From Pachysolen tannophilus NRRL Y-2460 (taxonomy: Eukaryota): a stretch of DNA of 64,000 nt. The notes under the pieces are model-generated. The model had not been told where the DNA came from, made no database searches, and saw nothing but the letters and a program-made list of their open reading frames with translations. Numbering within the stretch: the stretch's first letter is position 1; the number at the start of each line of letters is the position of its first letter. The stretch lies in NCBI GenBank assembly GCA_001661245.1, contig KV454017.1:186001-250000 (forward strand), in the 5' to 3' direction. This document shows positions 10,872 to 23,462 of this stretch, piece after piece. The position numbers and the translations under genes are program-made.

Positions 10872-12599
10872 ATGTTCAAAAAAATCGATAAAATTGATAA
10901 AAGCGATTATGTTGCCAGTAGTTCCAAGAAATATTTAGGAATGAGGGGTGCGCCTTTGCATAAGGCCATTGCTACTATAGCGGGACTTGGATTTTTATTA
11001 TTTGGTTATGATCAAGGTGTTATGGGTAGTTTATTAACTTTAGATAGTTTTTTAGAAACTTTCCCACAAATTAATGATAGTGTGGATACTTCTAAATCCA
11101 CTTTAAAAGGTTTTGTTATTGCTGTTTATGAATTAGGTTGTATGACTGGTGCATTTTTCACAATGTGGAAAGGTGATATTTTTGGTCGTAGAAAAATGAT
11201 TTTTTATGGAAGTATTATAATGACTATTGGTGGTATATTACAATGTACTTCTTATAGTGTTGCACAATTGGCAGTTGCTAGAGTTGTTAGTGGTGTTGGA
11301 AATGGGTTTATTACTTCAACTATTCCAACATTACAATCTGAATGTGCAAAGCCTCATAGAAGAGGTGCTTTAATTATGATGTCTGGTGCCTTGATTTCTT
11401 TTGGTATATGTTTTTCATATTGGGTTGATTTTGGTCTTTATTTTGCCACTGGTGATGTTCAATGGAGATTTCCTATTGCATTCCAAATTGTCTTTTCACT
11501 TTTATTAACTAGTTTGATTTTTGAATTACCAGAATCTCCTCGTTGGTTAGTTAAAATTCATGAAATTGAAAGAGCAAGAGAAACTTTTGCTGCATTAGAT
11601 GATGTTTCAGTTGATGATCCATTGATTGATGATGAAATTAAAGATATTCAAGCTGTTTTGAAAAGAGATCTGGATCTGGGTGCTGATAAGTTTAGCTTTA
11701 GCGTTGTTTTCAAATTTGATGAAAAGAAAACTTTCCATAGAACAATGTTGGCTTATTTTGTTCAAGTTATGCAACAAATTAGTGGTATTAACTTGATTAC
11801 TTATTATGCTGGTACAATTTATGAAACTTATATCGGTATGAATGCTTTAGATTCAAGAATATTGGCTGCTTGTAATGGTACAGAATATTTCTTGGCTTCT
11901 TTAATTCCATTTTATACAGTGGAAAGATTTGGTAGAAGAAGTTTATTTTTATTTGGTACTGCTGGACAAGCAATTACTATGGCAATCTTAACAGGTGTTC
12001 AATGGGCTTCAGAATATAAAGGTGATCAAGGTGCTGCAATTGCTTGTGCTGTATTCTTGTTTGTATTTAATACTTTCTTCGCCATTGGTATGTTAGGTAT
12101 GACTTGGTTATTACCACCTGAATTGGTTACTTTAGAATCAAGAGCTTCAGTTACAGGGCTCTCAACCAGTGCTAATTGGTTATTTAATTTTGTTGTTGTC
12201 ATGATCACCCCAGTTTGTTTTACTCATATTGGTCCATATACTTATACCATCTTTGCCGTTGTTAATGCAATCATGGTTCCATGTATCTTTTTCTTTTACC
12301 CAGAGACAAAGGGTAGATCTTTGGAAGAAATGGATAGAATCTTTGAACAATCTAATCCAAAAACTCCATGGGACGTTGTCAGAATTGCAAGAGAAATGCC
12401 ATTTGAAAATAGAGATATTGACAATGAAGATGAAGAAGATAAGATTAACTTGGACCGTAGTAGTGAGACTAGCTCAGTTAGTAATGAAAAGGGAAGTGCT
12501 TCTTTCACTCTGGATAGTGTTAACGACACGGGATTCTTTGTCAAGAATGAAGAAAATAAAAATGAACAAGAAACAAGTCAACCCGAAAAGAAAGAGTGA
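10872..12599 (+). CDS. STL1: MFS sugar-porter, Stl1-like glycerol/H+ symporter
   Basis: LFGYDQGVMG, GDIFGRR, WRFPIAFQ, PESPRWL, QQISGINLITYY, PETKGRSLEE; ATG at 10872. Substrate is inferred. Confidence 0.8.
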   Translation: MFKKIDKIDKSDYVASSSKKYLGMRGAPLHKAIATIAGLGFLLFGYDQGVMGSLLTLDSFLETFPQINDSVDTSKSTLKGFVIAVYELGCMTGAFFTMWKGDIFGRRKMIFYGSIIMTIGGILQCTSYSVAQLAVARVVSGVGNGFITSTIPTLQSECAKPHRRGALIMMSGALISFGICFSYWVDFGLYFATGDVQWRFPIAFQIVFSLLLTSLIFELPESPRWLVKIHEIERARETFAALDDVSVDDPLIDDEIKDIQAVLKRDLDLGADKFSFSVVFKFDEKKTFHRTMLAYFVQVMQQISGINLITYYAGTIYETYIGMNALDSRILAACNGTEYFLASLIPFYTVERFGRRSLFLFGTAGQAITMAILTGVQWASEYKGDQGAAIACAVFLFVFNTFFAIGMLGMTWLLPPELVTLESRASVTGLSTSANWLFNFVVVMITPVCFTHIGPYTYTIFAVVNAIMVPCIFFFYPETKGRSLEEMDRIFEQSNPKTPWDVVRIAREMPFENRDIDNEDEEDKINLDRSSETSSVSNEKGSASFTLDSVNDTGFFVKNEENKNEQETSQPEKKE

Positions 12600-12940
12600 A
12601 AGAAGAAAAAGAACTTTTAATCGTTTTATTTTTATTTTAGAGAAACTATTCATGCTTTAGTTGTTAAACTGTTGTTGTTGTTATTGCCTTTTATTTTTTT
12701 TTACTTTTTATTTTTTTAACTTTAAAGTTGCTTATTACTGTTTTCGTTGTTAATATTGATCCATTATTATCTTCTCTTTTTATGGGATTGCATTTTTCTA
12801 TATAGTTCTCGTTATTATTACCAACAGATGGATATATATATATATATATCTATTCGTGTGGTTTTGTGTGTATATTAAATGAACATATTATACCATTTTA
12901 TACTTTTTGTTGTAGATTTTTAAGCTTATTTTAAGATATT

Positions 12941-13006
12941 CTGCAGGGATTCTGTAGTCATACTGTAGTCATACTGTAGCCATGCTGTGGACATGCTGTA
13001 GACACG
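12941..13006. repeat. Diverged 11-bp tandem repeat (CTGTAGTCATA consensus) x6
   Basis: ctgcagggatt ctgtagtcata ctgtagtcata ctgtagccatg ctgtggacatg ctgtagacacg. Confidence 0.7.
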
Positions 13007-13091
13007 AAGTGACAGTCTGTCTGTCATCACACGAGAGAGAATTTTTTTCCTTCTATTAAAAGAAATAAAAAAAAAAAAAAANAAAAAAATT

Positions 13092-13163
13092 AAGCGCTGC
13101 TAGGTTTCGATCCTAGGACATCAGGGTTATGAGCCCTGCGCGCTTCCACTGCGCCACAGCGCT
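13092..13163 (-). tRNA. Initiator tRNA-Met (CAU)
   Basis: AGCGCTGTGGCGCAGTGGAAGCGCGCAGGGCTCATAACCCTGATGTCCTAGGATCGAAACCTAGCAGCGCTT; A1:U72, three G:C pairs in the anticodon stem, GATCG T-loop (A54), downstream T-run Pol III terminator. Confidence 0.97.
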
Positions 13164-13734
13164 TTTGCTGTGATATCTTTTTCAACTCTCGAACACTAAC
13201 AGGTGCTCCATACAAAATTTTTTTTTTTTTTTCCTTCTAAGAATAGCCACAAATTTAATTGCCAAAAAGAGCGAACAAATTTCATTATAATGTCTGAGCA
13301 ATGAATAGTACCGAAAATATCGGTATACTTCCAAGTCACTGAGAAGTAAGTGAATAAATAATAATCTATTTCTACCTGAGGCCACTAAGGGGACAATTTC
13401 TTCAGAATTTTTTTCCTTCTAGCCTTTCTTATTAAGAATTAGTAATCTTTAATTATAAAGGGGTTTCTAATAATTTGGATCTCGGTGTGGCATTCTGTAC
13501 CCATGTGTAAAGTAAACCCGTGCTGAATGACTAATTCTTCGTCTTTTTTTTCCCCTTTTTTTTCACTACTTAAGTAAACCAGATTTCTCATCAGCCATTT
13601 TTTAACGTTTTTGATATTAAAAATTCTTTTTTTTTTTTCTTTCTATTTCAGTTGTATTTTTGGAGTCTTTGCCACAATCTGATTTATCAATAAGATCAAT
13701 AGTTAAACCTTGCATTTTTCTTTTCACCTACACA

Positions 13735-14901
13735 ATGAACAATATGCAACAAAGCGTTGTTGTTAATATTGTGAATCATGAAAGCAGTTTTCGGAGACAT
13801 TTTATTAAAAATTTTCATTCGATATGGTTTGCCAGTGTTATGGGTACTGGTATAGCTTCGACTTTTTTGTATAGATGTCCATTTGGTGCTGAATGGTTAA
13901 AGGTATGCGGCTTAATTATGTTTGGTATCACAGTATGCATGTTCTTACTTTTCAGTACTATTTTCATTTTGAAAAATTTTTGTTTTTATAGAAATACAGC
14001 TTTCTTATTTGATGCGAAACAATCTGTATTTCTTGGTTGTTATCCCATGGGGTTGGTTACCATAATTAACATGATAACATTAATAGCCGAGGGTAGTTTT
14101 AATGAAAAGAAATGGTTTTATTTTATCTATATTCTTTGGGTTATAGATATGATTATGAGTTTAATGTGTTCTTGGGGAATTACATTTATATTGTTCACTA
14201 GGTCACATATTTCCGACTATAAAGAACATGGTTTTAATGCAACCTTACTATTACCATTGGTGACAATGACTGTATGTGCTGCAAGTGGTTCATTATTTTA
14301 CAGTATGATCCCAAATGAAGATTTTAAATTAGTTCAAATTATAATATGTTTCTTATTATGGGCAAATGCTATATGTTTATCTCTTCCTGTTATTGTAATT
14401 TATTTTCTGAAATTATATGTTACAAAAATTGTTCCAACTTCATTGATTTTCACTGGATTTATACCAATTGGAATAATGGGTCAAGGTTCTTATGGAATTT
14501 TATTAATGGGGAATAATTCTTCAAATTATATTATAAAAAATTATAATAAATACCCATCAAATTTTAATAATTTTTTAGAAACTGCACTTGCAACAGCTAA
14601 TTTTTTCAAATTTTCAGCACTTATAATTGCATTATTCTTATCTTCATTAGGATTCTTTTTAACTTTTTTAGCTTCTAGTTCAATTTTCCATGGTGAAAAA
14701 CCAAAATTTTTTAAAAAAGAATGGTGGGCAATGTGTTTCCCCATAGGTGCAATGGCAATACTGAGTTCTGAATTAGGAATATTGTTTGATTTTGTAACCT
14801 TCAAAGTGATTGGTTGCATTTATGGTGCTACATTGGTTGTACTCACTATAGTTTGTTTAATTGGAAGTTTTATTCATGAATTCCCATGGCATCGGAAATA
14901 A
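13735..14901 (+). CDS. SSU1: SLAC1/TDT-family sulfite/dicarboxylate efflux pump
   Basis: WFASVMGTG, FLGCYPMG, LLPLVTMTV, FIPIGIMGQ, WWAMCFPIG; about 10 hydrophobic segments; first ATG 13735. Confidence 0.8.
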   Translation: MNNMQQSVVVNIVNHESSFRRHFIKNFHSIWFASVMGTGIASTFLYRCPFGAEWLKVCGLIMFGITVCMFLLFSTIFILKNFCFYRNTAFLFDAKQSVFLGCYPMGLVTIINMITLIAEGSFNEKKWFYFIYILWVIDMIMSLMCSWGITFILFTRSHISDYKEHGFNATLLLPLVTMTVCAASGSLFYSMIPNEDFKLVQIIICFLLWANAICLSLPVIVIYFLKLYVTKIVPTSLIFTGFIPIGIMGQGSYGILLMGNNSSNYIIKNYNKYPSNFNNFLETALATANFFKFSALIIALFLSSLGFFLTFLASSSIFHGEKPKFFKKEWWAMCFPIGAMAILSSELGILFDFVTFKVIGCIYGATLVVLTIVCLIGSFIHEFPWHRK

Positions 14902-15295
14902 AACTAATAATTCATGTTTATAGAAGAAATTTTTTAAATAAAAATAAAATTTACTAGCACATTTTACAACATTACTTTATTATCTATTAAATTATAATGA
15001 CAACTATGATAATATAATACAATACTTTAAGAAAGAAGAAGCGAAGTCAAAAAAAAAAAAAAAGAAAAAGAAAATCAAAAAAAAAAGTAAAAGAGATATC
15101 TATAAATTAATGAGACAATCAAAAAAATTTTATTTAAAGAACAAAAATTGTGAATAGTAAAATAAATAAATAATAAAAAAAAAAAAAAAAACAAAAAGAA
15201 CAAAAAGTAATAATAGTAAATTAGTAAATTAGTAAAATAATAGGTCGAACTAAATAGAAATAACATTAAAAATCAAGCAAGGATTACAATTAACT

Positions 15296-17866
15296 TTATT
15301 TGACTCTTTTAGGATCTGGTTCATCATGTTCTCCATTGCTTCTTTTCTTATCATGCTTTTCTCTGTATTTTATTAAAAATTTTTCCATGTAACTTTTCAC
15401 AAATATTTTTATTTTATTTTTTTTCTCATCAGCCAACTCATTTGGAGGATCTAAATGACGTTTTAATTCTTTTTCAACTAGAATATTTACAATATCTTTT
15501 GCACATTTTTTCAAATTCTCATGTCCAATTTCACGTTCATATTTTTTCAACATGTTAGGAACAACACCTGCAAACAATTTTTTATAGATTGTTTCATTTG
15601 TTGGTTGTTCTGAAGAAGGTTTATTATTATTACTCTTATGTGAATGATGCTTACTACGTTTTTTCTTACTGTTAATGCTACGAGCACTAGCAGCTTTTTT
15701 CAATTCTTCTTCTTGTTCTTTTTCCCTTTTCGCAGCTAATAATTTATCTTCAGCTTCCTTTTGAGCTTTCCGTATAATTGCATTCAAACTTTCTTGTCTT
15801 CTTTTTGCTTCTTCTTCCTTTTTACGTTGTTCCAACTCTTGCAATTTTCTTAACCTTTCATTTTCCTCCATTTCTCGTTTCCTTCTTAAAAGCTCTCTTT
15901 CTGCCTTAACATCAAATGCCGCCGGTCTTGTTGGTATTGTTGTATCAAAATTAGATTTACCACTAACATGAGCTTCTTCTGATTCATCATAATCATCATC
16001 TCTTTTCAAAGAAAATCCTCTTTCATGGGTATCTGAAGGAGAAACTGATTTTAAATTATCATTTGAACCATTTCCCGTAGACTGAAGATTTCCATTAAAA
16101 CCAAATTCAGAACTTGATGTTGGTTCATTCCATTGTGTCTTATTCAAGAGTCTATTATAAAAATATGGGTTTGTTGAACCAGGGGCAATTGCCCATTCCC
16201 AATTATCTGGTAATATTCTACCTTCATAAATTCTTGTCTTTGGTAAATCTTCAATTTTCACTTGTGGTTGTTTTTCTTCTTTAAGAGCAGGAGTTAAAGA
16301 TTTATTTTCCTTTGGTTTTTTAGGAATTCTATATGCCATTTTCAATTCACTCCATTCAACTAATAAATTGGAAGATGCTTGTTTAATTTCTTCATTATCA
16401 GTGTTATTAACAACATCATTTAATACACTTTCAATTTTAGAACTTGATATTTTATTTTTTGTCATTTTTGGCCATCTTGTCAATATATGTAAGCAATTCA
16501 ATATCATTTGATTATTAGATTTATCTTTCCAATTATCCTTTATCAAAGTACTAAAAATTTCATAACCATGCATTCTAATAATTCTATTATTAATAGATGT
16601 ATCCTGTGTTAATAAAATTCTTTCAACCAATTTATTAATAATAAGGATTTCTTGATTACGCAATAAAGCGCTCATGACTCTAGAAACTTCTGCATCTGAT
16701 AATGGAGACATTGTTAATGAATTAACAAATTCTTCATTGATATTACTATCTTCATCTTTATTTTTTATCTTACGACCACTTTGTTTCATCATCTTTAACC
16801 AAGATTTCTCCTGTGATGAAGTTATACCAAGAGCATCTGCAACAACTTGAGGTAATAAAGATGCACTATCAGTTTGAGTTTTACCACCCATGAACCCAAT
16901 ACAATTTGGTTCACCACAATAACAAGGTTGAGCTTGAGCACCATATCTATCAACGTTATAATCAAATGTAATTTCTTCACCTTTTAATATTAATCTCTTG
17001 GCAAAAATACCCATTCTTAATTTTTTACCAACAACCCATTTATCAACATAAGCATTTGGCATACATGAATGATTACAAAAACGAGCAAGACAACCTCTTG
17101 AAGTAGCATCAATAAATTCTCCTTTTTGTAACATCATAAAATAAAAATGTTTAAATCCCTTTTGATCATATTGAACCATTCTTTCTCTAAAAGTTTCTTC
17201 ATCAATCACATCACCAATATATTCATACAAAAAACTATCTGGACGTATATCTTTATCTGCTCTTAATCCATAACCTTTTTTTTCAGTTTCAATAACTGAA
17301 ACCTGTGCATATATTTTTTTTTGAAACCTTTGATTTTGACAATCATCCCCACAAGAACATACTCCATTGATACACTCCACCGATGTCAATCTATTTATAC
17401 AATCCGAATCTTCACCACAAGCATTATTAATCGTACCTGTCCAATCTTCAGTACAATCACATGTCATCTGTTCTTCTTGATTAGAATCTCCCAAATGCTT
17501 ATCCATATATCGACATTTCGATATCTCAGTAAAAGTCTTTAACGCATCTTTTGTCTTGTCTTCCAAATGATTGAATAACTGAACTTTATGAGTTTTTTTG
17601 CTTGTCTTCAAATCTACAAGGGAAAAAAGCCAAAAAAAAATAAAAAAAATTTAAAATTTTTTTTATTTTTTTTTATACCAATATTATTATTAGTAAACTA
17701 ATCATTCTTCATTAAAAAATCACTTTCAACTTTTTTTTTTTAAAAAAAATTAAAAAATTAACATACCTCCATCACTAGATGACGAATCAGTCATCTCAAC
17801 TTGATCAATGATTTTCTCTTCATCTTCATCATCAGATACTATCTGTCTTCTTCTATTCACTGCCAT
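15296..17866 (-). CDS. SET2: Histone H3K36 methyltransferase Set2; 2 exons (17866-17767, 17613-15296), about 805 aa
   Basis: AWS-SET-postSET (CINRLTSVEC, RFCNHSC, EEITFDY, CYCGEPNCIG), WW and SRI domains; intron 17614-17766 with GTATGT, TACTAAT and TAG, phase consistent (G|AT TTG). Confidence 0.93.
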
Positions 17867-18220
17867 ATTGAAAAAAAAAAATGCAAAATAAACGAAAAAC
17901 AAAATAAAAAAAAAAAAAAAAAAAAAAAAAACAAGAAAGAAAGAAATTAGCTAGCCAAAAATAATCAACGGTTTTGACCACGATAAATCAACTAATCATA
18001 AATAAATCTATGAATTACTTTATTAACGTTTACTATATACCGATTCACCAACCAATCTGTTCATAAAATTAACAGAAACACTTTAAACAACTTTATAAAA
18101 AGTTTTGGTTAAAACTCCAACTTCAACAAAATTGTCAAAAAAAAAAATAAATAAAAAAAAATTAAAAAAAAAAATCTGCCAAAAAACCAGAAAATTAGAA
18201 AAAAAACGTCACGTGTCAAT

Positions 18221-21200
18221 TTACAGCGTATTTTCTTGGTTTCCCAGTTCAAACATGATATTGATGAGATGTCTTATTGATTTAAAAGTGTCGAGTTCGA
18301 GATCCAGAGAGGCTTTCTTTGCCTCTTGTTCTGTAGATTCGTAGGTGGTGGTGGTGGTGGTGTTATTCTTGTTGTTGTTATTGTTATTGTTGATTTTCTT
18401 GGCGGTATCAATGATTTTGTCGAGAATTCTGTCTATCTTGAGGACGTAGTTATCATCTATGCAATTTTTCTTTGGGGAAAATAGTTTTCTAACTGTTGTC
18501 TTTGGATCTGGAGTTGAGTTATTTGAGTAGTGGATACTTGAATCCAAGTTTGTGTTTGAGCGATTCACATTTTTGAAGCTATTAGAGAGATTCCAGTTAA
18601 AAGACTCAGAGTAATTATTATTATTATTATTATGATTCAGCAATTGATCGTTTGTTGGGTTGCTCGATACAAGTCCACCATTACTACTGCTGCCGCTACT
18701 TGCAGTGGTGCCTCTTTTCAGCCTGCCCAAGGCTGCTGATAATGCCGAGTGTTGTGATGACGAGGAGGGAGTTGTAGTGCCAGCAGCAGAAGCAGAAGCA
18801 GTAGCAATACCAGAAGCAGTATTAGTGCTAGTACTAGTACCGGTACCGGTTGTTTTTATTGTAAATTCTTTAATTTCCCTAGCGGCAAGGGAAACAAATA
18901 TTGTCTTGGTTATAGTTGTGGGTTTACTTGATTTTAATAGTTGATGGTTTTGTAAATCATTTCTCATAGCTTGAAGAACAACTTGATCCAAATTAGAAGA
19001 CATTGGGCAAGCTTGTAACAGGAATTCAGGTCTAAATTCATCGACATAGCCACATAAGGGTAATAATGAAAGGTTTCTTAAATTATTTTTTTTTTAAAAT
19101 TCCTTTCACGTTTATCATTAAAATTTTTTTTCCCAAGTTTGCATTCTTCATTAATGAAAATATCTTCTAATGAAACATCAACTAAATTATTATTTTCACC
19201 ATTTTCAACAATATAAATTTCTGGATCACTTTTCATAATCAGTTTACATTGATCCCTTACCATCTGATATGTCTTATTATCACAATCACTGTTTAATGTT
19301 GTTGCAGTTCTATTAAGGTATGATAATGTGTTTGCACTATATTTTGAATTAATATTATTGGAAACACTACTAAAATCATATTGTGAAGTTGTTTTCGTTA
19401 ATCTTTGATTATTATTATAAAAATTAGAAAAATTAGAAAAATTGTTCCCACCATGATTTGTATAAGGAGAATTTGATAAAGAAGATGGAATCCAAGAATA
19501 ATCTTCATATTCAGTAGCTGGAGAAGGAGTTCTAACACTTGATAAAGAAAGTCCTGGCTTGGAATTATTATTGTTAACATTATTTGTTATATGATGATTT
19601 GTATTAAATGAATCGGTCATATAATTATTAGTATTATTATTCCCATTATTATTACTTGTCCACCATTTTTCAAGAACAGAAAGACCATGATTTTTCCATG
19701 ATGATGCATTATAAGATGATGAAAATGATGATGATAAACATTGTAATGATGCACAACTAGAAGATGGTTTTATCACAGTTAAACTTGCATGAGGCGTTGA
19801 AGTAGTGGCTAAAGACACAGATGTTGTCTTTGGAATTTCCCATCCTTTTGAATACGAAGAAACTGATGGAGTATTAGTTGAAGAAGAATCATCATTATCT
19901 TCTTCTGCATTTACTTTTTCAATTTCATCTTGTAAATTTAAATTTTTACCTTCATTTCTATTATTAGTTTTTATATTATTGTTTCCACCAATTTCTTTAT
20001 GATTTTTATTTTCATTAGACATAGTAGTTAATGGTGAAGAACTAGATTCAGAATTTTCTTCTAATTCATAAGAACGTAAGATTTCTTCTTCATATGCATG
20101 ATTTTTAGTAACTAATACATCATCAGGTAATATTCCACTTATTATAAAAATCAATTTTTGAACAACCATTGGATTACCAGTCATAATAACTACCCTTGTT
20201 ATTTCCTTTTTTTTATCACTAGGTTTATTAAACAATAAATTATATCTTATTGGAATTAAAATGGAAAATAAACTTGCTAAAAATTTTAAATTAGAAGATC
20301 CAAAATTTTTACCATCTTTAAGTTGTAACCAAGTTGCAACATAATGACACCAATTAAGTATTACAGTATTTGATCTTTTCATTCCAACAAGTAATCTTGG
20401 TATATTTGAAATTGAATGAGTTAATTTGATTACTCCAACTAAAAATTGATGTAATTCATGATCATTTTGTAAAATGAGTGATGGGAAACAAAGTGATCTT
20501 TTATTACTATCACAAGATTGAATATTGGAACAAAATTTTGGATTTGTTGAACATAACAGTTTTAATTTCCGTACAGTTGAAGTTTCAATTGATGTTATAA
20601 AATTAATATATTCTTCCCAATTATCTGTTACTACTGTTTCTATAAGATCTGGATTTATAGGTAATACAATTCCAATACCAAATCTTGTACAATTTTTACC
20701 ACTATTTGATGGATTTCCAATTTTTAAAGTAGGATTTGGTAACCATTTTTCAACATTTTCTAAATCTAAATCACGATTATTGTTTTCAATTACCATATCA
20801 TTAGAAAATGTTTGATTTAATGAAAAAAGACGAGTTATTAATATTGAATTAGTAGTATTTGGTAAAGATGGTAATACTTGTAATTTCGATGAAGTTGAAA
20901 CTTCATTTATTGGTACACCACAACCAAAGATATAATCTGATAATTCAGCTAAATTATGGTATCTTGAATTATCCATTTTTAAATTTTTAAAATTTATATT
21001 TTGTTGTTGTTGTTGATTTAAAATTGTACTTCCTGTAAATTGTATTGCCGAATCAAATAACGGTTGTTTCGACCTTATATTCCCATCTTGATATACCACT
21101 ATTCTACAACTATTACTGTCTAGTGGCAATGCCGGTAAATGATTTGGTGTTCCATAAAGTAAAGTTCTAGTATATGCATCATCATAATTTTGATGTTCGT

Positions 21201-21360
21201 ATTTACCAAAATGTTGATGTGGGATTGATGAGTTTAGTATTGGTGAATTTAACTCAGATGTTATTGGAGTCATCTTGAGGTCCTGCAGTACCGAATTCAG
21301 CGGATGATGAGAAATTGATGAAGATGAAGAGGACCTATTATTTAACAAGCGGTCTAACAT
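18221..21360 (-). CDS. LST4: Lst4/FNIP-family protein (Rag GAP partner); one apparent -1 frameshift near 19086-19131 joins ORFs 19078-21360 and 18221-19003
   Basis: DDAYTRTLLYG, RIVVYQD, LSDYIFGCG, ILITRLFS, RVVIMTGNPMVVQKLIF, KGWEIP; the shifted frame reads LLPLCGYVDEFRPEFxLQACP straight into the downstream ORF. Confidence 0.75.
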
Positions 21361-21396
21361 GATAACAGAAAGACCTATTTTGATTTTTATTAGAAG

Positions 21397-21427
<31 letters not shown>

Positions 21428-21935
21428 AAATTTTTTTTTCTAATTTACTCCAGAAAGGTACCACAATTCATCTAGTATTTGTTTCTTGTAATATAATTTT
21501 TTTTGAAATAATGTAGTTATTTTTGGTCTTTTCATCTACCGCCCAAGACGATTGATGCTATATTTTTAAATAAATAATAATAATAATAATATTTTTATTA
21601 TTAATTAATTAATTTAAATTTAATTTAATTTAATTTAATAATTTAATTTAATTAAATGAGGTGTATGTAGTTTTCGGGCTGTATAATACGAAAAAAAGAA
21701 AAATTTACAATTTTATTTTTAAAGAAACCACTATTGAGATGAAAGATCTAAAAGGCGTCTAAGTTTAAGATCTTCAAAAATAGTTTGACATATATTTTTA
21801 GCAATGGTCATTCATCCATTCATTTTTTTATTCATTTATTTATTAATTGATATTCTATTAAGATTATTCTTTATATTGTTAAAGTGTGTGTCTTGTCCTA
21901 GCCCATCTCTATTAAATCTATTAAATTTACTAATT

Positions 21936-21990
21936 GGGCTCCAGTGGGATCCAGTGGGCTCAATAGGGCTCAATAGGGCTCAACAGGGCT
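21936..21990. repeat. Diverged 10-bp tandem repeat (GGGCTCMART-like) x5.5
   Basis: gggctccagt gggatccagt gggctcaata gggctcaata gggctcaaca gggct. Confidence 0.7.
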
Positions 21991-23086
21991 GGCTCATTTG
22001 CCTGGCCAGGTAAGACTGGCTAGCCTTGCTCTAGCCTTTCTCTAGCCTAGCCCGGGCTACTTGAAAATGGCATCGCTGGCAGGTTGGTTGACTGGCTGGC
22101 TGGGGAGGCAGGGCTGCGCAGCTACAGTTTCCTTATGCGGACTTTTACTACATGCACAAATATTTTATACGGAGTAAACAAACGGATTCTCGATTTTTTT
22201 TTGCAATTTTCAATTTTCAATTCTCGAAAAAAAAAACTTTAAACACTACAAACCGTACATCCATAATAATTTTTTTTTTTCGGAGGCGGACTTGACATTT
22301 AGTTTCTTACTATCAATTTATCAATTATATAAACAATACAAGAAATAAAGTAAACTGAAATAAAAAAGTCAACTTATAATTAACTTAATATGATTATAAT
22401 TGTTCATAAACATTTCATTTTTTGTTTCTTTTTCAAAAGAAAAAAAATGGATTAAATAATAATAGTAATACTTTGTATTCTTTATGTATTCCCGTTAGAG
22501 ATGACAGAATTTACTAAATCGGTCCATAGTTTATTCTAAATTTTTTTTTTTTTTTGTTTTTTGTTTTTTTGTTCTGTTCTGGAAACTTCCTGTTTTGAAA
22601 ATTTCCTTTTATTGCCTGCCTCCACTAAAGCTACTAGGTTTCCGTTTTAGAAAGTTAACTTTTCTTTACTTTTACTTAACTACAGCAACTTAAGATAACA
22701 ACATTTCGCATAACAGAGACCTTATTTTTATTTTATTTCCTTATATTATTTCAATGATATGCACGATTGCATATGGCTTGTCGCATACACGAAAAAATGT
22801 CCACATTCTTTAACCAACAACACAAGACTTTTTATATGTTTGTTTGTTTGTTTTTACCTAAAAATAATCTCATCGAGCGATCATACAACAACAACAAAAA
22901 AAAAAAAATAAAAAAAAATTTTTTTTTTTTGTATGTTTTAAAATTTGTATAAATACAGTAATAATTCGCCACTTTTTTCTTCCTCTCTATTTTTTTATTT
23001 ATTTACATTGTTTATATATATATATTTTTTTAAAAAAAAATATTTTAATTTAAAACTAATCGATTGATTTGATAAATTTTTTGAAA

Positions 23087-23462
23087 ATGTCTACAACTGA
23101 AGTATGTTTAATTCAATTGTTTATTTATTTATTTATTTTTGAATTTAAAAACTAACTAAAATTTTTTTTTTTCTATTTTTTTTTTTAATTAGCAACAAAC
23201 TGCAACTAACGAGGTTAACGAAGTCAGCGAAGTTCCAGCTGCTGATGTTGAAGAAACTACCAAGGAAGAAGTCACTCCAGCCAAGGAAGAAGCCACCAAA
23301 GAGGCCGAGCCAGCTGCTGAAGAAGCCAAGGATGTTGAAGCTAAGAAGGAGTCAACCGCCAAGAAAACTGAAACTTCTACAAAGGATACAAAAGAAGAAA
23401 AAGTCAAATCTTATAAGAAATGGTTAAACAAAATTAAAGCATTAGCTTCAAAAGTAAACTAA
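23087..23462 (+). CDS. Small hydrophilic Zeo1-like protein, 94 aa; 2 exons (23087-23101, 23193-23462)
   Basis: ATG TCT ACA ACT GAA|GTATGT...AACTAAC...TTAG|CAA CAA ACT...; E/K/A/T-rich body with C-terminal YKKWLNKIKALASKVN; codon choice suggests high expression (GCC, ACC, AAG, GTC). Confidence 0.8.

Noticed and set aside
12941..22000. Short tandem repeats considered as CRISPR- or telomere-like arrays
   Set aside because: Eukaryotic context, no spacers, few degenerate units; ordinary minisatellites
23189..23427. ORF-track calls 23189-23407 (-) and 23245-23427 (+)
   Set aside because: Antisense and off-frame shadows of the spliced 94-aa gene
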